From: Mobula hypostoma
Taxonomy: Eukaryota
DNA: 64,000 bases
Direction of reading: 5' to 3'
Assembly: GCF_963921235.1 (NCBI RefSeq)
Contig: NC_086101.1
Span: 12,278,001-12,342,000 of the forward strand
The notes beneath the pieces were generated by a model. That model saw only the letters and a list, made by a program, of their open reading frames with translations, had not been told where the DNA came from and did not search any database. Position numbers and translations under genes: made by a program. Every line of letters starts with the position of its first letter. Positions within the stretch are counted from its first letter, which is position 1. Below are positions 1 through 11,635 of this stretch, one piece after another.

Positions 1-660
1 TCTCTCATCCTCTCTCCTTCTTCCCACTTTCTCTCCCTCTCTCCCTCACTTCCCCTCTCTTTAACCCCCCTCACCTCTCTCTAACCCCTCTCCGTCAGTT
101 CCCCTCACTTCACCTCCCTCTCTAACCTCGCTTCCTCACCTCACTCTCTCTAATCCCCTCCCCTCTCTCTAACCCCTCTCCCTCAGTTACTCTCTCACTA
201 ACCCCTCGCCCTCACTTCCCTTCTCTCTAACCCCTCTCTCCCTCACTCCCCCTATCTAACCCCTCTCTCCCTCACTTCCCCCTCTCTAACGCCTATCTCC
301 CTCACTTCCCCCTCTCTAAACCCTCTCTCCCTCACTTCCCCCTCTCTAAACCCTCTCTCCCTCACTTCCCCTCTCTCTAACCCCTCTCTCCCTCACTTCC
401 CCTCTCTCTAACCGCTCTCTCCCTCGCTTCCCCCTCTCTAACTCCTCTCTCTCTTCCTCACCCCCTCTCTTTAACTCCTCTTTCCTTCACTTCCCCTCTC
501 TCTAACCCCTATCTCCCTCACTTCCCCCTCTCTAACCCCTATCTCCCTCACTTCCCCTCTCTCTAACCCCTCTCTCCCTCACTTTCCCTCTCTCTAACCC
601 CTCACTCCCTCACTTCCCTCTCTCTAACCCCTCTCTCCCTCACTTCCCCCTCTCTCTAAC
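1..660. repeat. C/T-rich minisatellite, ~29-30 bp unit (ctctctaacccctctctccctcacttcccc)
   Basis: About 20 degenerate tandem units read directly; runs off the window start. Confidence 0.95.
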
Positions 661-690
661 CGGTTTCAAGCTGGCTTCCTGTTACCTTAC

Positions 691-882
691 CCATTGAGAC
701 CACGTCGTTCAGCAGCCGTGGCAGCCTCCTGCCCCCGTTCCTCCCTGTCACGGGCTGCGTGTCCGGTGTGATTTTCACGGTGGCCTGGGGTTCCGTGGCG
801 CGCTGGTGGGCAGACGGTGAGCTGCGGAGGCCAGTGGCATGGCTGGTGTCGGTGGGCTCTGGGCCTGGTCCGAGGGGGGTGG
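691..882 (-). CDS. NPDC1L: NPDC1-like gene, Pro/Thr/Ser-rich juxtamembrane exon (ATPLGPGPEPTDTS...RLLNDVVSM), equivalent to NPDC1 exon 4
   Basis: Acceptor tatttcag, donor G|gtaagg, 192 nt, phase 1-1, open frame; in phase with upstream exons; later exons would lie left of the window. Confidence 0.75.
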
Positions 883-1574
883 CTGAAATAGCAGTAAACA
901 TACGAGGTTGTGAGTGGTGATTGCAGTCCCTGACCTACCCCAGTGCAACGGAACCTGCTCTCAGAGTATAAGCCAGGGCAGGCCACTGGGACCTAGATAC
1001 ACGCTGCACCATTCATCAAGATTGTAAATGAACATATTGCCATTGACAAGCCTCAGGGGAAGAAGGAAGAGCCATATGCAAAGAGAAGTGGCTGGTGTCA
1101 GAACAGAGGTGGAGTCACGTTGGGAAATATCCCCTCACACCAAATGGTCTCTGTGTTTTTTCATCTATGGGAAGCCGGTGATGCTCTCAAAGAGTAATAC
1201 AGCGCAGAAGAAGGCCATTCAGCCCAGCTAGTCCATACTGACCCAGTTGCCATTATGAGCTACTCCCATTTGCTTGTGTTTGCAGCATATCCTTCGAAAC
1301 CATTCCTATCCACACAGTTATCCAAAAATCTTTAAGTCTTGTTATGCCCACCACAACCATTCCCTCGGCAGCTCATTCCATACGTGAACCTCCCTCTGTG
1401 CAAAGGACTTTTAAATCTTTCCCCTCTCACCTTAAATCTATGCCATCTAGATTTCTTGGGGAAAATTAATTGTCTGTATTCACCTTAAGTACGCCGCCAC
1501 CCCGCCCCCCCCGTGATTTTATACAACTCCTCAGTCTACCATGTTCCAAGAAATAATGTCCAACCTCTCCCTAT

Positions 1575-2115
1575 AGAGCCATAAGGACATAAGACATAGG
1601 GGTAGAATTAGGCCATTCAGCCCATCGAGCCTGCTGCACCATTCCATCATGGCTGATTTATTATTCCTCTCAACCCCATTCTCCTTCCTGTAAGTTTTGA
1701 TACCCTGACTAACTAAGAAACTGCCAACCTCCATTTCAAACATGCCCAGTGAACCCCTGTCTCTGGCAATGAATTCCACAGATTCACCACCCTCTGGCTG
1801 AAGAAGTTCCTCCTCAACTCTGTTCTAAGGAAACATCCTTCTATTCTGAGGCTGTGCCCTCTGGTCCTAGACTCCCCCACTATAGGAAACATCCTCTCCA
1901 CGTTCACTGTAAGTAGGCCTTTCAATATTCAATGGTTTTTGAAAAACCCTTCATCCCACTAAACTCCAGTGAGTACAGACCCGGAGACATCAGACACTGC
2001 TCATAGATTAACCCTTTCTTTCCCGGGATCATTCTTGTGAACTTTCTTGGCACTCTCACCAATGCCAGCATATCCTTTCTTAGATAAGGAGACCAAAACA
2101 GCTTTAACACTCCAA
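1575..2115 (-). mobile_element. CR1 LINE 3' fragment (degenerate)
   Basis: FWSPYLRKD / RTRGHSLRI / FFSQRVVNLWNSLP motifs and (cttatg)n-type tail. Confidence 0.9.
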
Positions 2116-2244
2116 ATTCCTGGCAGCAACTTTGTAAATCTTCACTTCAGTCTATCTAGTCTATTGACATCTTTTCTATAACAGGAGGACCAAGTGTAGC
2201 CTCAGCAAAACTGTGGACAATACAGTCCAATCGAGCGTGTCAGT

Positions 2245-2880
2245 TTTTAGATTTTTTTTTAGATTATGAGGACACACAGTCCTCTTTTATTGTCATTTAG
2301 TAACGCATGCATTAAGAAATGATACAATATTCCTCCGGTGTGATATCACAGAAACACAGGACAGACCAAGACTGAAAAACTAACAAAAACCACATAATTA
2401 TAACATATAGTTACAACAGTGCAACAATACCATAACTTGATGAAGAACAGGCCATGACACAGTAAAAAAAAGTTCAAAGTCTCTCAAAAGTCCCACATCT
2501 CACGCAGATGGGAGAAGGAAGAAAACTCTCTCTGCCATGCCTGAGCACAGTCTGACTCTGAGTCATCCGAAAACTTCGAGCTCTGTTCAGCCCTCCGACA
2601 CCGAGTACCGAGCACCATCTCTGCCGAACGCTTCGACCTCAGCCTCGGTCGCCAGCAGCAGGCCAGCCAGGGATGTTGGGGCCTTCCCTCCGGAGACTCT
2701 CGATCGCACGGTAACAGAGGCAGCGAACCCGGCATTTCAGAAATTTCTCCAGATGTTCTTCTGCTTCTCACGTCTGTCTTCATCAAATCAGAATTGTGCA
2801 TGGTGTCCTATTTACAAATACAATATCATTTCACCGGAGAGGCTATGCGCGCTGCATCGCGCCGCCATCTTCTCCTCCTG
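2245..2880 (-). mobile_element. Non-autonomous LINE-derived element, copy 1 (minus-strand 5' end AGGAGGAGAAGATGGCG)
   Basis: Homologous to 24760-25700 and 39531-40173; no coding capacity. Confidence 0.75.
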
Positions 2881-2899
2881 CCTCGATGTTTACAGTGAG

Positions 2900-4350
2900 A
2901 AAATGGAATTGAGACCAAAGATCCCTCGGGAATTGCCTGGTCCACCAGCTGCTTTGAGGTGGAGGACTCGACGATATTCAGGGATTCGTCTTCAAATCTG
3001 AGTGAATATGTCACAGTTGTCATCAACTTCATTAAGGCCTGGTGTGGATGAGTGTGTGACTTCAAGGACATTCCAGCTATATCCAAACTAAAAGCTGTGG
3101 ATGAACCAAGAGTTTCATAGAGAGCTGAGGGCTATATCTGTGATATTCAAGACCAGTGATCCAGACCTATAAAATAGGTCTATGAACAACCTATTGAAGG
3201 CTATTTTAAGAGTGGGAAAACCATTCTGATTGAAGCTAGACAGAGAAGTGGATGCACGTCAGCTCTGGCAGGGTTTGCAGGTGCATACTTCCAAAGAGTG
3301 AAACCTAACATCATGATTGGTAGTGATGCTGCACTCCCAAATGAGCTCAACACCTTTTATACACACTTCAAAAGGGAGAATAAAACCGCATCTGTGCAAA
3401 TCCCTGCAGCATCTGGAGACGTTGTGGTCTCTGTCTCAGAGGCCGACATCAGAACGTCTTTCGAGAGGTGTACCTGATAGAGAATTGAAAACCTGTGACA
3501 ACCAACTTGCAGGAGTGTTCAAGGACATGTTCAACCTCTTACTACTGAGGTCGGAGATTCCCACCCTGCTTCAGAAGGGTGACAACCAGATCAGTGCCCA
3601 AGAAGGACAGGGTGAGCTGTACCAATGACTATCACCTAGTTGCACTCATATTGACTGTGATGAAGTGCTTTAGACCAGAAGACCATAAGATATAGGAGCA
3701 GATGTAGGCCATTCGGCCCATCGAGTCTGCTCCACCATTCAATCATGGGCTGATCCAATTCTTCCAGTCATCCCCACTCCCCTGCTTTCACCCCATACCT
3801 TTTGATGCCCTGGCTAATCAAGAACTTATCTATCTGTGCCTTAAATACACCCAATGACTTGGCCTCCACAGCCGCTCATGGCAACAAATTCCACAGATTT
3901 ACCTCCCTCTGACTAAAGTAATTTCTCCACATCTCAGTTCTAAAAGGGTGTCCTTTAATCCCGAACTCGTGCCCTCTTGTCCTAGAATCCCTTACCATGG
4001 GAAATAACTTTGCCATGGGTAATAGCTTTGAGAGGTTAGTCATGGTCAGAATCAACTCCTGCCTAAGCAAGGACCTGGGCCTGCTGCATTTTTCCTATTG
4101 CCACAGTGAGTCTACAGTGGACACGATCTCACTGGCTCTCCGCTCAGCTTGGGATCTCCTGGATAACAGCAATACCTACCTCAGGCTGCTCTTTATTGAT
4201 TACAGCTCAGATTTCGTACCCTCATACTGAACAACAAACTACAAAACCTGGGCCTCCGTACCTTCCTCTGCAACTTGATCCTTGACTTCCTCATTGGAAA
4301 ACCACACTCAGTGCGGATCAAACATAACATCTCCTCAGTGACAAACAACA
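2900..4350 (+). mobile_element. Rex1/Babar-like LINE RT fragment with a nested CR1 3' end (~3672-4010, minus)
   Basis: QLAGVFKDMFNL and [11 protein letters not shown] motifs, frameshifted. Confidence 0.8.
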
Positions 4351-5039
4351 CTCCCCTGAGGAGCAGTGAGAGCACCTACTCCTTGGGGGCAGGCGGGGGG
4401 AATGTCCCCCCCATTTCTCACCCCACCAAAGAGTAGGCACTCTGTCTGGCTGCAGCTGATGTGAGGAAGAGCCTAGCTGTAGTCAGCCCATGTAAAGCTG
4501 CAGAGCTTGACAACGTACCTGGTGGGGTGTGAGGGACAGTGCAGCCTAGTTAACAGAGGTTCTAACAGACATCGTCAACATCTGTCTGGATCAGTCCACT
4601 GTCCCCGCAGGCTTCAAGGCAGCACCATCACCCCAGTGCCCAAGAAGGCAACAGTAACCTGCTTCAATGACTGCTGCTCAGTGGCACTAACTAAAAACAT
4701 AATGAAGTGCTTTGATTGGCTGACATTAAATCCCAACTTCCTGCTTCATTGGGCCCTTTCCAGATCACTTACCACTCAAATTGGTGATGTCATAGCCTGT
4801 GCCTTCCACTCCAGCTTACCCCACCTGCAAAATGGTGCCTCATCTGCCAGGATGGTGCTCCCCCCTCAGAAGCTGGTGGGTAAACTGTCCTCGTTGGGTC
4901 GCAACACCTCTGTCTGTAAATCCTGGCATCTTGACAGAAAGGTCGCAGTTAGTCTGCATTGGCAGAAGCTTCTCTAGCTCCATCATGATGAGCACTGGTG
5001 CTCCCCCAGGGCTGCGTGCTCAGCCCACTGCCGTTCACA

Positions 5040-5392
5040 CTGCTGATGTATGACTGCAGTGCTGATGCATGACTGCACTGCTGATGTATGACTCCGTTGC
5101 TGATATGTGACTGCACTGCTGATGCGTGACTGCGCTGCTGATGTATGACTGCACTGCTGATGTATGACTGCGCTGTTGATGCATGACTGCGCTGTTGATG
5201 TATGACTGCGCTGCTGATGTGTGACTGCGCTGCTGATGTATGACTGCACTGCTGATGTATGACTGCGCTGCTGATGTATGACTGCACTGCTGATGTACGA
5301 CTGCACTGCTGATGTATGACTGCGCTGTTGATGCATGACTGCACTGCTGATGCATGACTGCACTGCTGATGTATGACTGCGCTGCTGATACA
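5040..5392. repeat. 19-bp tandem repeat (gctgatgtatgactgcact), about 18 copies
   Basis: Read directly; explains the repetitive ORFs at 4949-5613. Confidence 0.95.
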
Positions 5393-7205
5393 TGCACAAC
5401 AGCAGTCAGTCTCATCAACAATGATGACAAGACGGCATACAGAGAGGAGGTAGAGCAGCCAGTAGAATGGTGCGAGCACACCAACTTGGGTTTCAACATG
5501 GACAAAACCAAAGAGATGATTGTGGATGTAGGAAGGTGCAGGCTGACCACTCCCCACTGCACGTGAACTCTCCTCCATGGAGAGTTAGGAGCACCACGTT
5601 TCCCAGTGAGCACATACAGTAACTGATGATATTACCTGGACCCTCAACACCATCTCTTTGGTCAAGAAAGCACAGCAGCATCTCCACCTGCTGAGAAAGT
5701 TGAGGCGAGTGCATCCTCCCCCTTCTCCATTCTAACCAATTTTTATGGGAGCACCATTGACAGTGTCCTGATCAGCTGTACGGCTGCCTGGTACATGAAT
5801 TGTAAGGCGTCTGACTGCAAGTCCCTACGAAGGATTGTGAGGACTGCTGAGAGGATCTCTTCCACCCATTAGAGACTTCTATCAGGAGCGCTGAGTACCT
5901 ATGGCCCTGAGGGTTGTCAATGATCCCTCCTAACCGTCCAACAGTTCCTTCAAAGTTCAAAGAAAATTTATTATCAAAGTACATATATAACCCTGAGATT
6001 CATTTTCTTGTGGGCATACTCAATAAATACATAATAAAATAATAACAGTAAGAGGATCAATTGACCACATCAACAGGGTCTTCAACCAGTGTGCAAAAGA
6101 CAGTAAACTGTGCAAATACAAAAATGAATAAATAATAATAACAATAATAAATAAATAAGCAATGAATGTCAAGAACACAAGACGATGAGTCCCTAAGTCC
6201 ATAAGTTGCAGAAACATCTCATTAAAGGGGCAAGTGAAGTTGAGTGCAGTTATCCCATTTGGTTCAAGAGCCTGATGGTTTGAGTGGTAATAACTGTTTC
6301 TGAACCTGGTGATGTGATACCTGAGGCTCCTGTACTTTCTTCCTGATGGCAGCAGTGAGAAGAGAGCATGTCCTGTGTGGTGGGATCTCTGCTGGACGCT
6401 GCTTTCTTACGACAATGTTTCCTGTAGCTGTGCTGAATGCTGGAGAGGGCTTTATCTGTGATGGACTGGGCTCTATGCATTCCTTTATGTAGGAATTTCT
6501 GTTAAAGAGCATTGGTGTTTCTCTACTAGGCTGTGATGCAGCCAGTCAAAATACTCTCCACTGTAGAAGTTTGTCAAAGTTTTAGATGTCATGCTGAATT
6601 TTTTTCAGACTCCTAAGGAAGTAGAGGTGCTCCTGTGCTTCTTTTGTAACTGCACTTACATGCTAGGCACAGTTTAGGTCCTCTGAAATAATATCGTCAA
6701 GGAATTTAAAGTTGCTGACCCTCTATATCTCTGATTCTCTGATGAGGACTGGCTCATGGTCCTCTGGTCTCCTCCCCTGGAATTCAATAATCAGCTCCTT
6801 GGTCTTGCTGACGCTGTTGTTACGAGACCACTCAGCCTGATTTTCAATCTCCCTCCTATATGCTGATTTATCACCACCTTTGATTCAGCCTATGGCAGTG
6901 GTGTCGTCAGCAAACCTGAATATGGCATTGGAGCTGTGCTTAGCTACAAAGTCTTAAGTGTAAAGCAAGTAGAGCAGGGGTCTAAGCACAAGATGGTGCC
7001 GGTGAACCCCTATCATCAGGCAGGAGGTACCGTTATATTAGGACAAGAACTGTTCAGATGGGAAACAACTTTATCCCCAGGCTGTGAGACGACGAACTCC
7101 CTGCCACCACCCAGGCCTCATCGCATATGAAGCACTAGTAGTTTACTTTTTAACTCTGTATAAGCACCATATTACTTGTTAACTTCTTTGTGGTAATATT
7201 ACTTT

Positions 7206-7396
7206 GGGCTGGCTGGTGGTGTAGTGACAGCAGCACTGGACTTCGAGGCGGATAGTCCTGAGTTCGAATCCGGCCGAGTCCCAGCCTGGGCAGCAGCACT
7301 ATCTGCGTGGAAGAAAGGCCTGGGGATCTACTTCCTTATCTTGCTACGAAAACCCTGTGGGCAACTACAGCCGTGAGCTGAGGACTCAACAACAGC
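7206..7396 (+). mobile_element. tRNA-derived SINE
   Basis: A box (tggtgtagtg), B box (gagttcgaatcc), (caa)n tail, 11-bp TSD aatattacttt at 7195-7205 and 7397-7407. Confidence 0.85.
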
Positions 7397-7498
7397 AATA
7401 TTACTTTTATGTGTTGTGTGTACTGTGTAGTGCACCTTGGTCCGGAGGAGGGTTGTTTTATTTGGTGATATTCATGCATATGGTTGAAAGGCAATAAC

Positions 7499-7588
7499 CT
7501 GAACTTGAACTCTGGGGCGAAGTCTTCTCCCACTGGGCCAACAGGGATTGGAGTAGGTCATCGACATCAGCAGTTGCTTTCACAACAT
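7499..7588 (-). CDS. NPDC1L: NPDC1-like gene, putative exon 3 (DVVKATADVDDLLQSLLAQWEKTSPQSSSS)
   Basis: Acceptor ctctggttccag; 90 nt, phase 1-1; acidic helix resembling NPDC1 DEIDFLAQELA; donor CAG|gttatt is weak. Confidence 0.55.
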
Positions 7589-9929
7589 CTGGAACCAGAG
7601 TAACAGTGCAATTTCTTTAGTATTTCGCCATCATTTAAATGCTATATACACTAAAGTTTGGGGGAGACCAACCTAGTCAGACTTGCCAACAGAACCACTG
7701 AACATGGAGAGGATCGAAGACTGTTCTCGGTGCTGCCACCTACAGGTGAAGGGAAGCAATTTATAGTGATACCACAAGAATGAAGTGAGCAGGGGAGTAG
7801 TTGGGAACTCACAGTGAGATGTGATGGGAAGGAATTCACAGTGACACCACAGGTCTGAGGTGCTGGGGATGGGGGATTCACTGTGATATCAGACTTCATT
7901 ACTAGAGGAGGGAATTCACTGTGACACCACCAGTCTAAATAACACACACAAAGTGCTGGTAGAACTCAGCAGGTCTGGCAGCATCCGTGGAGGGGGATAA
8001 ACAGTCGATGTTTCGGGCCGAGATGCTTCATCAGGACTTGGGACTGTTTATTCCCATCCATAGACAGTGCCTGACTTGCTGAGTTCCTCTTCTGTGAGTA
8101 TGTGTTGCTCAAGTTTTCCAGCATCTGCAGGATTGCTTAGGTTTATGACCAACAAGTCTAAAACTGTGACGGGTATTCACTCACAGACCAATGGAATCTG
8201 TCGGACCCACCAGGGGGAGAGCAGAAGGGAAGAATCTAGCCGACCATCTGAAGAACAGCACCTCCGACACTGTAGAACTCCCTCGGCCATAGGGAGTGAG
8301 TGAGGGATCTGCAGTAAGGAGTTTGTACTTGAGTATCTGGAGTGGGGTTTGAACCAGGCTCCTTCAGACAAAGAGGTCAGAGTGCATCTGAACAAACACA
8401 GGAAGCACATCACTTGTCTGAGGCAGTGGGCGTCACAGTGAATTCTGGCCCCTTCCACGTTCAACTTGTGGTGTCACAGTGAATTTATTCCCCTTACAGC
8501 GAGTTCCCAACTGAACACTCACAAAATGCAGCAGGTGATCAGCAGGTCAGGCAGGATCTACGGAGGGGTATGAACAGTCGACATTTCGGGCTGAGACATT
8601 TCAATCAGGACCAATTGCTCCCCTATCAAGCTTCGACTTCAAAGTTCAAGGTAAATTTATTATCAAAGTACATATATGTCACCATAGACAACCCTGAGAT
8701 TCATTGTCTTGTGGGCATACTCAATAAACCCATAGAATTTGGTCTGACTTCTGGTTTAAGACGGCTCAGTGACTGCTTGTTGGTGGCAAACAAAACAAAG
8801 AAAACAAATAAATTTTCCATGAATTACATTCTTTCTGCTAAACGCTCACTGTGAACGATAGACTGTAACTTCCCTGTCAGTTGAGCTTTTGAACCACTGG
8901 GACCTGGCACTTTTGGTATCAGGACTGAAGTCTTGAAGGTGCAGGAGGGCTGCGGTGTGGTGCATACGGGCTGAATCGAGGCGTTGGACCCAGGATGGCT
9001 GCGGTGTGGTTTATACGGGCTGAAGCGAGGCGTTGGGGTCAGGGCCGGACAGAAGGCAATCAGCTAATGTTTGCCCATTCCTGGAGTGAACTTGGATGCA
9101 ATTTGATTTGGCAGGGCCGAGGTGAGACGAGCGGAAGTGATGCAGAGTCGAGGCAGCAGGGCCCGGACCTGGGTCTGAGAGTGAGGAAAGACCCGAGGTT
9201 TCACCGATTTAAGTGCTGAACCGAATTGGGAAAGTTAGGTACGGACCAACTCAAAGAGGTGAAGCGCTGGCCTGAGAGCATATTGAAGCGGCAGGGTTCG
9301 GGTCCGAGAGCGAGGTCTGGATGATTTAACCGCCGGGCCAGTTTGAAAAGGACAGGGAGTCAGACCCAAAGGAGAGGCATTGGCTGGTTCAGATTGCTGC
9401 TCCGCAAGGTTTACCCATCTCCGCACTGAACTTGAACTTGTTACTCCATGAGGTTTACTCACCTCTGCTCTGAACTGCGGCTGTGGCCTGCAACTATCAG
9501 TGTCAACTCTCTTTTGTGAACTTCAGTCTGAATGCTATTTGCTTACTTTTATTGTTCACGTTTTTTTTCTCTGCACGTTGGGTGTCCGATGGTCTTCTTT
9601 TCTTTTAATGGGCTCCACTGGGTCTCTTTGTTTTGTATCTGCCTGTATGAAGGCACATCTCAAGGTTGTATAAAGTATACATATTTTGATAATAAATGTA
9701 CTTTAACTTTGACTTGAATAATAGCCATAACAGAATCAATGAAAGACTGTATCAAAGTGGCTGTTTGATGACTGTGCAAAAGACAACAAACTGTGCAAAT
9801 ACAAAAAGAAAAAAAATATAATAATAAGTAAATAATAAGTGATAAATATCGAGAACATGATCTGAAGAGTCCTTGAAAGTGAGTTCACAGGTAGTGGAAA
9901 CATTTCAATGATGGGGGAAGTGAAATTGA

Positions 9930-10550
9930 GTTCTGTCTGCCAGAAGAAACGAGATCTCCCAGTGGCCACCCATTTTAATTCCACTTCCCATTCCCATTCT
10001 GATATGTCAATCCATGGCCTCCTCTGCTCTTGTGATGAGGCCACACTCGGGTTGGAGGAACAACACTTTAGATTCTATCTGGGCAGCCTCCAACCTGATG
10101 GCATGAACATCGATTCCTCAAACTTACAGTAATGCCCCCCACCACCACCTTCAACATTCCCCAACTTTTCCCTCTCTCACCTTATTTCCTTGCCTGCCCG
10201 TCACCTCCCTCCAGTGCTCCTCCCCCCTTTTCTTTCTTCCATGGCCATCTGTCCTCTCCTATCAGACTCCCCCTTCTCCAGCCCTGTATCTCTTTCACCC
10301 ATCAACTTCCCAGCCTTTACTTCATCCCCCCCCCCGCCCCCGGTTTCACCTATCACTTTGTGTTTCTCTCCCCCTTCTTCCCCCCTAACCTTTTAAATCC
10401 ACTCCTCATCTCTTTCCTTCCAGTCCCCCTGAAGGGTCTCGGCCTGAAACGTCAACTGTACTTTTTTCTATAGATGCTGCCTGACCTGCTGAGTTCCTCC
10501 AGCATTTTGGGTGGCTTGCTTTGATTTCCAGCATCTGCAGATTTTCTTTT
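9930..10550 (+). mobile_element. Penelope-like element 3' fragment
   Basis: DLPVATHFNS...LEEQH...LGSLQPDGMNID GIY-YIG C-terminus, followed by the terminal repeat. Confidence 0.85.
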
Positions 10551-11568
10551 GAAGTGCCTGATGTTTGAAGGATAATAACTGTTCCTGAACCTGGTGGCGT
10601 GAGTCCTGAGGTTCCTGTGCCTTTTTCCTGACAGTGGCAACAAGAAGAAAGGATGCCCTGGGTGGTGGGGGTCCCTGACGATGGAGGCTGCTTTCCAGTG
10701 ACAGCGTTTCGTGTAGACCTGTGCTGTCACAGTGCATGTCCTCTCCCCACACCTCATAATTCATCATTTTCACAGCTCAAAATACATTATCAATGTATGT
10801 ATATATTACACAACCATGAGGTTTGTCTCCTTACAGGCAGTCACAAAACAAGAAACCCTAAAGAACCCATTAAAGAAGATCCAATGTACAAAAACAAAAC
10901 ACCCGATGTGCAGAGAGAGGGATAAACAGTGCAAACATGAATGCGTAGGAACATAAGAAGCTGTGAGAATACATCACGGAAATGTCCTTCCCCACCATCA
11001 GTGGTGTCAACAGGCTGCACCTCCTCAAGAAAGTAACAGTAATCATCAAAGACCCCCAGCATCCGGGCTATGCCATGACATCGGGTAGGAAGGACAGAAA
11101 CCTGAAGTCCCACACCATCGGGTTCAAGAACAGCGACTTCCCTTAATGAACCACCCTGCTGAACACTAACCGCTGTCTCGGTACAGCAACCCTCCAAACG
11201 CTTTGCTCTGCAGCGGACCTTAGTTCTTCCTGTTCTTACGTGTTCTTCCTCGCAAAAATTACATATAATTTATATTTAATTTACATTTCCTTGTGAACGT
11301 TCTGTATCAGAGGTCAGTCATGTGCCTGTGACAATAAACTTAACTTTGAATTCCCCTTGCCAGCCTTACGGCGGTCGTGTCCCAGTGATTTGCGCCCACT
11401 AACGTTAGACTTAGTGCTGCTATACAGGACATTGTAAAGTCTGGCTGATCGTGTTCCGTCAGCAAGTGAGAGATAGCGGCTGCAGAAACACCTCCCGTGG
11501 TGGTTTCGACTGCGGGAGGTGCCACTATCAATGCCCCGTTTTATAGTCCAGCTGGAAATCATACTCAC

Positions 11569-11635
11569 CGACGCTGTGAAAGGCAGGTGCGGCGTAAACG
11601 GTGGAGAGGAGAGAGAGGAGCAGGAGAGGCCTCAT
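11569..11635 (-). CDS. NPDC1L: Signal-peptide first coding exon MRPLLLLSLLSTVYAAPAFHSV, probable (alternative) first exon of the NPDC1-like gene
   Basis: ATG at 11635 with an in-frame TGA four codons upstream; hydrophobic core and VYA-A cleavage-like site; consensus donor G|gtgagt; 67 nt, phase 1. Confidence 0.7.

Larger units (their letters stand above)
4400..7510 (+). mobile_element. Rex1/Babar-like LINE with a nested minus-strand LINE (~5950-7000), a SINE and an internal minisatellite
   Basis: TITPVPKK, IMKCF, TGAP(Q)G and KTKEMIVD motifs; gaacttgaac tail at ~7500. Confidence 0.8.

Noticed and set aside
5040..5392. CRISPR-like repeat array
   Set aside because: Direct tandem units with no unique spacers; eukaryotic context
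4949..5613. Repetitive Ser/Gln/His-rich ORFs in three frames
   Set aside because: Artefact of the 19-bp minisatellite
7206..7280. Possible tRNA gene
   Set aside because: Head of a SINE with a tail and an 11-bp TSD
7760..8485. Cluster of CACAGTG/CACTGTG heptamers resembling V(D)J RSS
   Set aside because: No nonamer seen at 12/23 spacing and no V/J segments; looks like a degenerate tandem repeat (ggaattcacagtgacaccac)
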